DNA of 64,000 nucleotides from Andalucia godoyi And28. Its lineage: Eukaryota; Protista; Jakobida. Numbering within the stretch: position 1 is the stretch's first letter; the number at the start of each line of letters is the position of its first letter. The position numbers were made by a program, and so were the translations under genes. A model generated the notes under the pieces. That model was not told where the DNA came from. It did not search any database and was given only the letters and a program-made list of their open reading frames with translations. Location of the stretch: NCBI GenBank assembly GCA_009859145.1, contig VRVR01000012.1, positions 62,001-126,000 of the forward strand, read 5' to 3'. Below, one piece after another: positions 49,001-57,840 of the stretch.

Positions 49001-52000
49001 ACATATTCGGAGGACACGGGACACATGCGTTACGCACAGGCGTCGGCGTCAACCCCGCAGTGCAAAAAATACAAACACGTGATGTATTGGAGGAAGAAAT
49101 CTTGCCAACGCTGCATGGCTCGCACCCTGAGCGGTTTCCAATGGGTTGCTGGCCGTCAGGACAATATTCGCAAGAAAACTGGGAAGTGGAGTTCGAAAAC
49201 CTGTTGGGGGGACAAGGAATACACTCGTTTCTGGAAAGATTTGGCGTAAATCCAGCAGGACAATCACGACACACATAACCTGTTTGAAGAGAAACAACCT
49301 GACCGGATAAACATGGAATGCACGCATTCCGAAACGGAGATTCATGGCCAAGCGGACAGGGGCGACAGGAGAAATCCGTCGTTGCATTTGCAAACCATAA
49401 TTCCGGACACAATGAACAGCTATCAAGATGTGACTCGTGTCCAACTGGACACTTCGAGCAGCGAAAAAGGCTGCTGGTATTCGAATACTCGCCAAATGCG
49501 CATTTGACACAGTATTCACGAAAAATGGAAGATTCGTGACCCAGTGGGCAAGCTGCACATAAATGACTGGAAGAGCCGTTAGAGAAAAACCCTGCAGTGC
49601 ACAATTTGCATTCATTGCGGTAAGCGACAGGTTCGAAGCCGTTGTTGCAAAACATGCATACGCCCAACGTCGACGAATTGACAAACATATTGGATGGGCA
49701 TATCGTGCAACTAGAACGATTTGGGCCAACTGCGTAGCCCGACGCCAAGCAGGGGACGCAAAGATAACCAGTCGAACTGTTAGAGTAGAATTGAGGGTCG
49801 CAAAAGACACATTGCGACACGTTGAACGATACGGACGGATCTACGTGAAATGGCGACTCTGTCGTGGAGTTCCTCACGACGAAACTCCTTTGATATCCCG
49901 GATGGGGACAACTGACATCAAGTACACCAAACGCAAATCCCACTGGCTGCACATCGTTAATGCTTCCGTATTCCACACAAAAGCGTTGGGCAGCTGCAGT
50001 GCTCACAACCCACGTCAGAGAAGACGTCTGCGAGAGCAACGCGTACAACTGTGTGCCACTAATAGAGGCCGGAAGCAAGCTGAACATGGACCGGAAGGTT
50101 CCGGACGCATTCCGAACTTCCAAGACTTGGCCAGCCTCTGGTCCAGAGATCCACCTCCAAACCCCCGGCGTGTCTGAAGACGAAGCACCGATAAAACAAG
50201 GCCCGCCCGTGCACATTTTCTGCACAAATGATTGTTCCTCTTTGGAAGTAATTGTCGCAAGATACCCCGGAAATCCCAACCGTGAAATGGGAATCGGGGC
50301 ATTGGACGACAACGAAAACAAGTGCCTTTCTTTGGAATTGGCGTCCGCACACCAGTAAGACGCGGTCTTAAGAACACATTCGTAGCAATTTCTGGTCGAA
50401 ATAAGACAGGTGGAGGACGGAATGGCATACGCAAAGAAAACCCTAGAACGAGACTGATTCACTGAACTCGGAACATGATTCAGTGACAGGTTCCGAAGAA
50501 TGGAGTTGACAAACGACCCATTCAATGACCCAGTGATGTTCACAATCAAAGAAAGCGACGATAAACTGTACGATTGGGTCACGAAAACGCCAGCCGAGGA
50601 CGCTGGCAGACCCAGAACCACATCCACTGCTGGATCGAAATTGACCACTTTCAGTACGACGGAAAACAGAAGCACGGAGGCATCATTGTCTCGCCAGCCA
50701 AAGGACGTGTTGAACGACAACGTATCGCGGGATGCTGACAAGTTGCTGTATCCGACATAACCCAAGACAGGCACGACCTGCTTTCGAACACATCCACGCC
50801 CCCAATCCAGAGGTTCGTATCCTGACGGACAGGGCAAGCATTTCCCGAACATCGACGCAGTTCCCTCATTGCAGTCCATCCTCCAAGCATGCAACATGGA
50901 CACGCTGGGAGCGAAAGACATTGCAAACATTCGAGTAGCAGCAGCATCACCATACACTCGCAGTCCCAAGGATGTGGTGGTAGAGATCCCAAAGAACGGG
51001 TACATCCGTGCGCGAAAGACAACGTCTCCAGCAGTAGTAAATTCATACACGTAGTTCATACCTCCGTCAGTTTTCACAGCGTCGTTGTTGAAGGCAGAGA
51101 CATAGAGCACGTTTTTGTCCTGCGGCACAAACAACCCAGATCCGAACCGCGTATTCGAATTGGAACAGTCAAAGGGAACAATTCTGTTGACTACCGTCCA
51201 GGAGTCAAGACGGGTTGGTCGGTTAAAGACGTAAATCGCTCCTGTGTCGACGCCACAGCGCAATGGATCGGATTCTTCGTACGAAGCAGAGGCAAATGCG
51301 ACGAGTCCATCTCCAGACATCGCAACACTGTAGCCCAACAAATCATTTGCAGCAGGATTTTGACGATAGGATGACACATTCACGGACCGGCATGCTAGCG
51401 ATGGGTCGTGTGGACAGTCGAAAAAGAACACTCCCCCTCCATTGGTCGAGTTAAGATTCGCGCGCATGGCACCTACGATAAATGACAGCATGTCCTTGGA
51501 AGAGTCAATTGTCGCTCCGTAAGAAGAACTCCGCATGAGGTCATCACTCAGCACTTCGACGGGGACTGACAGGTTTCTGGAAAACACAAACGGAGCTGAA
51601 GAACTCATTCGGTTAAAAATGAATACATCTCCACATTCGTAGCATGGCGACGTCCCACGATATGTGGTCAAGTACGCACCAGCCACGATGACGGACAAAT
51701 TCGAAGAGCAAGCCAACGCAGAACCGAGTCCAGTTCGGTCAGGACGGCTTGGGGGAAAAATGAACTGCACAAAATCCCATCCATTCGCGGATTCATTGAA
51801 ACGGTAATGGGCAAGTGTCCCAATCAACGTTGCTGGGCGCTGTTCGGTAAACGGCCCCCCAACTATCATCTCTGAACCGTCGTCCGAGATGCACAAAGCA
51901 GATCCCAATCTGTCATTGGCCTGTGAGACGGTCGTGGTAAACGGGACCAGACTACGGGTTGACCACTGAGCATCGTATATCGAATCGTCATTCAACGAGG

Positions 52001-55000
52001 GCCAAAATGCGATCTGTCCGTGAGACTCGACGGGGCTCTCCAAAGAAGAAGCATGTTGCAGTGCCATCACTACACGGGTGCCATTTCTACTGCTAGCTAT
52101 CGGGTAAGGAAACACGTCAGACACAGGTAGCGTCAACGCAGAATAGGACAATGATCCTGGCGCATACATAACCGTCACAGTCCAATCCGCTGTGGAATCC
52201 GTCAAAAGGCTGTTGGGCTCGAAAGACCCCAGGGAAACGTTGGCAAAAACAGAACACTTCTGCGTTTGCTGATTGTACAACACAGGCACCCAAGAGTTTC
52301 CAGTAAGAGCAAGAGCATCGCACATCGACACGTTCGTACCGACATCCTGTTCTGAAACACTGTACAATGGAGGGTTGACTGCAGAATAGTAACTCGATAT
52401 TGGGAACTGAAGATGAACAAAGAAATTGTTCTGTGGATGGAAGTACACATTCCCGTTCGGTGTGACAACGACATCCAGCCCTGTAGACGACATTCCAATG
52501 AATGCCCCGCAATTCGTCATATCACCGCTGCACGAATACAATATGGACGCGGACCATGTGTCTGAGGCAAGCGAACGCCGGAAACTAACAACTCTTCCGC
52601 TGCTGGCCACCAGAGAACTGGCTTCGTAGTAAGGGGCTCCGGAAACAACCAAATCACCCAAGCGACTCATCTGCAGAGAATAGCCAAGGTATTCATTGGA
52701 CGATCTTTGGCCGGATGGCAGTTCCAGCCGGCGATATAACGTCAATGCAGAATCGCCAGCAGAATACAGAAAGACGACGCCTGCAGAGGAGGCAATAGGA
52801 GCTCCAATAGCCACCAGCTTTCCATCCGCAGACATCGCGCAAGAATAGCCAAAGTATCCAGAAACAGCGGAAGAATTTCCAATAAAAACCCAATCTGACC
52901 CGGCTTGGCGACCGAACGAAAACACCTGACCATACCAGGTTGACGATCTTAATGTAAAATAAATGTTGCCGACCGTCATGTTCAATCCATTCGCAGACAG
53001 ACAAACAGAAAAGCCAAACGATGATGCAGTATTGGTGCTGGCATCTTCAATCGGCTGTGTCAGATTTCCCAAGAGAGAGAATGTTACAGGATTCGATGAA
53101 ACGAGTTGGTAGGTGTACAACTCTTCATAGCCGTTGCTGGAATCTCCAACAACAAACGTAGAGCCATCTCCCGATATCTCCAACCGAACTCGAGGGAAAC
53201 TTAGAAAATTCTTAACGGCCTTGATGGATTGACGACGAACGTATGCGGTGCCGTCCCAAGAGAGCACATGGACGTAATGGTTGGTCGACAAAGCAAGCAA
53301 AATGGATCCATCCTCGCTTAAAGCTAGACAAGTGCCAAGCCCTCTTGAATTGGCATTTCCCAAGTTTAATCTGTCCACAGACGACGAAGGCTGATCTGGA
53401 AACGACACCGATCGAGACGTCCGTCTGAACACGTACAAAGCGCCGGACGCTAACGAATCAACATTGTCCGCCGACGTGACGACCGTCAATCCATCATTGG
53501 AAATGACAGCACCGTAGGGAAACAAGCCCTTCGACTGGATCCAATCAGCACGACTCGAAAACTCGGGTTCAAGAGATGTACACGAGGCAATGCTCTCCAG
53601 ACCATACCTCGGAGACTGCACGCTTTCACTGGGACAACTGACGCATTCGGTCGACATATATGTGATGCCATCATAGAGAAACGAGGAAGACTGCGAATAT
53701 CCACCACTGGAACAGGAAAACGTCACTGAAAATCGCATGAAAGAAACTGGAGGATCGCTAGGGCTCCCATACTGTACACAGGATGGCAATAAGTCCGTGA
53801 ACGATGCAGATCGGAGACCAGTGTTATTGAAAAATGACACGTGGCTCTTCGAGGACGCTGCAACCTCGCTAGGAATGAATACGCGAAATCCGCTGGGAAG
53901 AGTTGAGTACGTTCCCGACGCGTTACAAGACGCAAAATTGACGGCCTTTTGAGGCCCATCATCGTATTTCCACTGGCACTGGGATCCGTAGTCAGTGCCA
54001 CTAACCCAAAACGCATTCGCTCCCGATCCGCAAATCTCTGAAATGGCCGACACATCGACCGGGGAGGACACAACGGCGAGGAACGCCTGGAAATCAAACA
54101 GCGGCGAAGGACTGAATGCATGCACTCCATAGTTCTTCGAATCTTGAGAATTGAAGTTCGCGCTGTACTTGTAACTGGGCGATGAAATCAGCTGATAGCA
54201 GTACTTTGACAGCGGTGAGCACGTCGCAGCAGGCAGCACACTGCATTCAAACAACTTGGAGGACGTATTTCGACGGGATAACGGAGCAGAGTTCGAATAC
54301 TTGACGAATTGCAGTAGCTGGTTCCATTGCAAAACCGTGGCAGGACCGACAATCATGAGCTTGTATTCCGAACTGGTCGTCGACACAATTTCACTGAACC
54401 CCGGAGGAGCGCCAGCTGCAAGAGAAATCGAATCTTCCAAAGCCACATAATTGCGCAATATGCGAATACAAATTGCGTATAGAATAGCGGACTCATCAGA
54501 ATGGTCGATGCGAACATCCGTCAAGAAGAAAAACGAATTGGTTTTGTTGGACACAGGAAAAGACAAGGTTGATTGTTGCCGGAGGGAGGAGGCGTAATAG
54601 TTTGACGTAAGACGAGGATGAGAAGCCGCTACGGGGCACGAGAGCTGCAGTCCCTTGGAAAATAGATTGAAAAACGACCTCGGAGGCTGCGTGTAAAAAC
54701 TGCTGGGCGGTGCGTAGCTGCAGCGAACACAAGTACCATTTCTGGACGCATAGCCAGATGGGCATAGTGCGAATGCTCGAATCACCGAATCTCGGACGCT
54801 GCCAACGGCCAAGAGATTGCCAGTCGGATCCACAGAACAAAAATAGGTCGACATCACGAACGATTCCACAACAGAAACCGGCAGCAGTATTGCGCGACCT
54901 GAACGCTGAAACGTGGACATTAATTGATTTCGAAAAACCTTTTGGTATATATAGATGCGATCGAAATAAATAGCACCAATTGCCAAAACATTCATCGCAG

Positions 55001-57326
55001 TGTCGGATGATACCGAAAAACCAAAACCGTAGTGGTTTTCAACACCATCGTCTGGGAAAATTGTCTGAGCGAGTGTGAATTCTCCAGTTTGCAACAGATC
55101 AAAGTAAACCTTGACGCAACCATGCGTGCCACCGAGCCGGAATGCATACTCAGAAACGGTGCTGTTGGAGCACTCCGATAGACCGACGACCAGTGTAGAT
55201 CCGTTTCCATCCAGCTGCAAGTAGGAACTGGCGTATGCAGAAGTTGAAATTCCGACACCAGTATACAGGGCAGATCGCAGTGAACAATTGGTAGATGTGC
55301 AGTTGAAAACGAACACGGAAGAGGCCGCATTTCCATTGATCCCCGCGACTATCCTGGAACGATCAGCCGATATGGCCAGCCCGGATCCAAACATCTGCCC
55401 ATTGATCCCCGGCGGCGCCGTCAGCTTTTGCACAAAAGAGGTGGACCAATTACTTCCGGATTTGGTTATGTCATACAGCAAGACAGCGCCATTGTTATTG
55501 TTGTCCAGCGGAGCAGAAATCGCCAATTTCGATCCGGATAAGTCCATTCGTAACGGGTTTCCAAACCATCCACCGTCAGACACCGGACCACCGCTAGGAG
55601 GAGATATATACGTACGGAGATCATATGCACAACTCCTGCTAAAATTCCTTTCGAACAGCAGCACACAACCATGGCGATATTGCGTTGGAGCTGCACATGA
55701 ATAATACGGCGCTCCGACGGCAAGGGACGCGCCATCTTCAGAGAATGATATACTCAGCCCAAAATACGAGTACGTAGTCACTTGTTGCGGCAGCGAAATT
55801 CGCTCACCTATTACCCACGCAGCATCCAAAGACACCCTGCAGTACAAGACAACCTTGCCCCCGTACAAATAGAGCTCGCTATCCCATGGATTCCCGATTG
55901 CCAGTACTTTACCTCCAGCAGCAGCGGATACGGTCTGAAAGGCAGTCATGCGAGACGCAATCAATGGCAACGTGGTGGAGTTCCATGACAGAAATGAAGA
56001 AGAGACTGCTGACGCATTGTAATAAAAGTTCATGGTCCGCAGTGCGAACGGTGCATTTCTTCCAGGAATTAGGGGATTCATGCCGGGAAGCACAGTGGAT
56101 AGGTCATCGGAACAGGCAATGGCATTCCCCAACTTGTCGAGGAAGCCTCTGCGCCCGGTCATAGTGCCAAGCAGCACCCATGATCCACCGTCGAGCGTCA
56201 GCACTGAGACCGATCCAAGGTTGCCACTGAACCCAAAATTGCCGACTGCAACACGCAATGCAGTATTCGATCGAGAAGCTCTGACGCTCGTCGCCAACTG
56301 ATAACTCGCCGAACAGTCGTAACCTGCAAATGTGCACAGGCGGAATCCCTTAGACGTGTTTTCCGTCCAAACACCAGCAGAATAGAGGAAGAATTGAACG
56401 GAGCTGACGGCATACCCAGTTACCGTCAACCCATCATCCCGATACAAATCTACCCCGAGCCCAAAAAGCCTTCCGGCAAAGGACGGATACGCCACGGAAG
56501 ATCCGTCAATGCGGACCGGAGGCGTCCAAGAACCTCCACTGTATTCGTAGACCCACACAGCTCCGTCATTATTGTTATACGTATGCGATGAGGCCGCAAC
56601 AAGATTTCCACTGGGCGACACGGATAGTCCGTAATATCCAAAGACGGCCGTGGAAGAAACCGATGGAGATACCAGCGATTTTTCAAGGTTCCAGAACGAA
56701 CCGCTGCGTCGAAAGACATGCACAACTCCGCATCCAGTACAGCCTTCTGATCCCTGATAGGGTGCTGAGATGGCGATCACAGAACTTGAACTTGACATTG
56801 CACATTTGAGACCGAACTGCACTGTCCCTCCAGGAACCAGGTATGTCGTGTTCGGACGGAGTGTTTGGACAAATCCCCAATACCCGTTTGATGAAGCATT
56901 TCGAACGTACACATTTGCATAGCCCATCGTCACGCTTCCTGCACTGGCATCGACCCAGTACGGCGCACCTGCCACAATCACGTTTCCGTCACTTGAAATG
57001 GCCAGAGACGTTCCCAGCTGGCCACCAAGATAACCGGTGGCCAAGTGGAGTTTTTGGAAAACAGAGTAGTTTCCAAAGCTGTTGCTTTTAAACACAAATA
57101 CTTCTCCGCTTGACTCATACCCAGACGTTGCGTACCCATCTGATGCTACAACCACAGAACCAGTCGAATCAACTGCGACGCCAATCCCCGGAGAAGCTGG
57201 TGGGACTGCATCTGTCGATAGCGTCACGTGAGGTGTCCAGGACGGCGCCGGCTGCGAAACACAACCGGGGAGTGAAAGCAAAGAAACGAACGCAAAAGCT
57301 GTACAGAGCGCTCTCAACAGCCGCAT
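46026..57326 (-). CDS. Giant surface protein (~3766 aa): signal peptide, four FG-GAP beta-propellers, two lectin-like modules, GCC2/GCC3 Cys-rich repeats, EGF repeats, multi-pass TM domain
   Basis: ATG at 57326 gives MRLLRALCTAFAFVSLLSLPGC; repeated FG.S.A.S.DG..(V/A)GAP blades; YLATITSKEEQ...FIGAS...WRWISGPEAG; many CxxCxxG repeats; CQNGGVC; 7-9 hydrophobic helices near the C-terminus. Confidence 0.88.
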   Translation of the reverse strand: MRLLRALCTAFAFVSLLSLPGCVSQPAPSWTPHVTLSTDAVPPASPGIGVAVDSTGSVVVASDGYATSGYESSGEVFVFKSNSFGNYSVFQKLHLATGYLGGQLGTSLAISSDGNVIVAGAPYWVDASAGSVTMGYANVYVRNASSNGYWGFVQTLRPNTTYLVPGGTVQFGLKCAMSSSSSVIAISAPYQGSEGCTGCGVVHVFRRSGSFWNLEKSLVSPSVSSTAVFGYYGLSVSPSGNLVAASSHTYNNNDGAVWVYEYSGGSWTPPVRIDGSSVAYPSFAGRLFGLGVDLYRDDGLTVTGYAVSSVQFFLYSAGVWTENTSKGFRLCTFAGYDCSASYQLATSVRASRSNTALRVAVGNFGFSGNLGSVSVLTLDGGSWVLLGTMTGRRGFLDKLGNAIACSDDLSTVLPGMNPLIPGRNAPFALRTMNFYYNASAVSSSFLSWNSTTLPLIASRMTAFQTVSAAAGGKVLAIGNPWDSELYLYGGKVVLYCRVSLDAAWVIGERISLPQQVTTYSYFGLSISFSEDGASLAVGAPYYSCAAPTQYRHGCVLLFERNFSRSCAYDLRTYISPPSGGPVSDGGWFGNPLRMDLSGSKLAISAPLDNNNNGAVLLYDITKSGSNWSTSFVQKLTAPPGINGQMFGSGLAISADRSRIVAGINGNAASSVFVFNCTSTNCSLRSALYTGVGISTSAYASSYLQLDGNGSTLVVGLSECSNSTVSEYAFRLGGTHGCVKVYFDLLQTGEFTLAQTIFPDDGVENHYGFGFSVSSDTAMNVLAIGAIYFDRIYIYQKVFRNQLMSTFQRSGRAILLPVSVVESFVMSTYFCSVDPTGNLLAVGSVRDSVIRAFALCPSGYASRNGTCVRCSYAPPSSFYTQPPRSFFNLFSKGLQLSCPVAASHPRLTSNYYASSLRQQSTLSFPVSNKTNSFFFLTDVRIDHSDESAILYAICIRILRNYVALEDSISLAAGAPPGFSEIVSTTSSEYKLMIVGPATVLQWNQLLQFVKYSNSAPLSRRNTSSKLFECSVLPAATCSPLSKYCYQLISSPSYKYSANFNSQDSKNYGVHAFSPSPLFDFQAFLAVVSSPVDVSAISEICGSGANAFWVSGTDYGSQCQWKYDDGPQKAVNFASCNASGTYSTLPSGFRVFIPSEVAASSKSHVSFFNNTGLRSASFTDLLPSCVQYGSPSDPPVSFMRFSVTFSCSSGGYSQSSSFLYDGITYMSTECVSCPSESVQSPRYGLESIASCTSLEPEFSSRADWIQSKGLFPYGAVISNDGLTVVTSADNVDSLASGALYVFRRTSRSVSFPDQPSSSVDRLNLGNANSRGLGTCLALSEDGSILLALSTNHYVHVLSWDGTAYVRRQSIKAVKNFLSFPRVRLEISGDGSTFVVGDSSNGYEELYTYQLVSSNPVTFSLLGNLTQPIEDASTNTASSFGFSVCLSANGLNMTVGNIYFTLRSSTWYGQVFSFGRQAGSDWVFIGNSSAVSGYFGYSCAMSADGKLVAIGAPIASSAGVVFLYSAGDSALTLYRRLELPSGQRSSNEYLGYSLQMSRLGDLVVSGAPYYEASSLVASSGRVVSFRRSLASDTWSASILYSCSGDMTNCGAFIGMSSTGLDVVVTPNGNVYFHPQNNFFVHLQFPISSYYSAVNPPLYSVSEQDVGTNVSMCDALALTGNSWVPVLYNQQTQKCSVFANVSLGSFEPNSLLTDSTADWTVTVMYAPGSLSYSALTLPVSDVFPYPIASSRNGTRVVMALQHASSLESPVESHGQIAFWPSLNDDSIYDAQWSTRSLVPFTTTVSQANDRLGSALCISDDGSEMIVGGPFTEQRPATLIGTLAHYRFNESANGWDFVQFIFPPSRPDRTGLGSALACSSNLSVIVAGAYLTTYRGTSPCYECGDVFIFNRMSSSAPFVFSRNLSVPVEVLSDDLMRSSSYGATIDSSKDMLSFIVGAMRANLNSTNGGGVFFFDCPHDPSLACRSVNVSSYRQNPAANDLLGYSVAMSGDGLVAFASASYEESDPLRCGVDTGAIYVFNRPTRLDSWTVVNRIVPFDCSNSNTRFGSGLFVPQDKNVLYVSAFNNDAVKTDGGMNYVYEFTTAGDVVFRARMYPFFGISTTTSLGLRVYGDAAATRMFAMSFAPSVSMLHAWRMDCNEGTASMFGKCLPCPSGYEPLDWGRGCVRKQVVPVLGYVGYSNLSASRDTLSFNTSFGWRDNDASVLLFSVVLKVVNFDPAVDVVLGLPASSAGVFVTQSYSLSSLSLIVNITGSLNGSFVNSILRNLSLNHVPSSVNQSRSRVFFAYAIPSSTCLISTRNCYECVLKTASYWCADANSKERHLFSLSSNAPIPISRLGFPGYLATITSKEEQSFVQKMCTGGPCFIGASSSDTPGVWRWISGPEAGQVLEVRNASGTFRSMFSLLPASISGTQLYALLSQTSSLTWVVSTAAAQRFCVEYGSINDVQPVGFAFGVLDVSCPHPGYQRSFVVRNSTTESPFHVDPSVSFNVSQCVFCDPQFYSNSSTGYLCVPCLASGYAVGPNRSSCTICPSNMFVNSSTLGVCMFCNNGFEPVAYRNECKLCTAGFFSNGSSSHLCAACPLGHESSIFREYCVKCAFGEYSNTSSLFRCSKCPVGHESHLDSCSLCPELWFANATTDFSCRPCPLGHESPFRNACIPCLSGQVVSLQTGYVCRDCPAGFTPNLSRNECIPCPPNRFSNSTSQFSCEYCPDGQQPIGNRSGCEPCSVGKISSSNTSRVCIFCTAGLTPTPVRNACVPCPPNMYSDAIREFQCAYCPNGYQPEPLLTGCVPCADGVFSNSSSGNICISCPSGFEPNVSRDNCIPCRRGSFSNQSSGFVCKQCPVGHESSSSFSSCTKCGVSQYSNASSGFACTECPLGEQMMNSGLDCTPCLPGEYRNSSTGFRCTQCPVGHEPNVVNSSCAKCATGHISRKENGFRCRPCDPGWTNNQWQNVCVICPSNMYSDVFLGFQCAHCPDGFQPDAYRSSCVSCPEEYFSNATTSHVCVHCISGFEPTVAHDGCIDCGPRSFSGSSSGWRCAGCSASGFRVSPDRSACVPCPSGLVSNADTDFQCVRCLPGTQPSVLQSHCVSCNETSFSAQGLSCDPCPLNVYPNAQKTACSVCNRSFFGENCVPCPVCQNGGVCVDGFSGNGSCICPSRFTGGLCDSCVQGLFPYPSCNISCTPEGNCSGHGTCNGAGNCVCLSTWKGRDCSQPVIAAEETISPPSIPGGDIVSPESSSATSQATVAVSAVSGPGLVMLVGSMELISRISLMQIMYPVWYVRFAEGMAMPLFSWVFTLLDLLQMDSIMGCTALNLDLGADSNLQIYSYDLFRSQECMGTITLMLCVFGSIGIMLLHLAIIAFARFCLTSLLVLFMWKSLSENERNARIRGFIRATNLFFVNLYWVLFANAAFPLTLGFGIQMFGYWDDRPLPEQILITVAAGLYVTVIFVRWIPYFRKTTLRNEDGLSKAAFIISGLKPSFWWFPFLQLFGSVLDAAFVLLGRWLRSPIQWDLILVLALSRALAFFVLRPLKSRRDILTTAIVYLSDVGQLCLIMTLTNIDDRTNPEMGKRTLVLSIWQMCTVLVVTVFSLFDMIAAIAEYLLILYRILLKRNRQKEKVLSEDLSVMESQQKLIPPPSDSFAGGLKMMPFKRPITDVGDSRVHPGRKVNLNPLLPSPILFTSELTNSGNGRVLPSVGRSLPPMQSPPPVAGSSPHPLALFPSHHLSSLSTSRIRVRQSAFEPSFHSSGLASSTRKS

Positions 57327-57690
57327 TCTCGGCTGTGATGAACTTTGAGGAAAAAAAAATATAATCGAGACAAATCGCGAATCGAACAAGCAAACAAACA
57401 CAAAAACAAAACCAAAAATATATATATGCAGGTACAATACAAACACCAGAACAATAAATATGCCTGCTATCGTCTCTCACAAATTCATTTAAAACATCGA
57501 GGTAGAGACAGTGCCGGAGTGCATAAACGGTATTGGGTGTTCTGAAAAGAGAGAAGCAGTGGGAACAACGGTGACGGAGAGAAGAAGCAAAATAGCAGAT
57601 GTGTCCCTTCCGCTCCCGGGTCATTATTTGGGTATTTCCCGAGGGTTCATGCCTTTCATGTCCATCAGGGATGCTGACTAGGGTTGGCAA

Positions 57691-57804
57691 ATGCAATATT
57701 GCCATGCAAGATTGTGCATGCAAGATTGTGCAATTGCAGTTCAGCCGAGAAGGTGCATTTCCTATAACAAGTCTGCAAGATTGCTGCAAGATTGCTGCAA
57801 GATT
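57691..57804. repeat. hAT left subterminal repeats: (ATGCAAGATTGTGC)2 and (CTGCAAGATTG)3
   Basis: Units at 57704-57731 and 57773-57804. Confidence 0.9.
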
Positions 57805-57840
57805 ACAAAATATTATAAAATATTATACAATAATATCTAT

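Noticed and set aside
57327-57446. 40-aa hydrophobic extension of the giant surface protein
   Set aside because: TTG start in a T-rich tract; ATG 57326 gives a canonical signal peptide.
57599-57678. Short ORF apparently interrupted by the hAT (joins 60386-60476 in the empty site)
   Set aside because: The reconstructed peptide is under 60 aa with no recognisable family.
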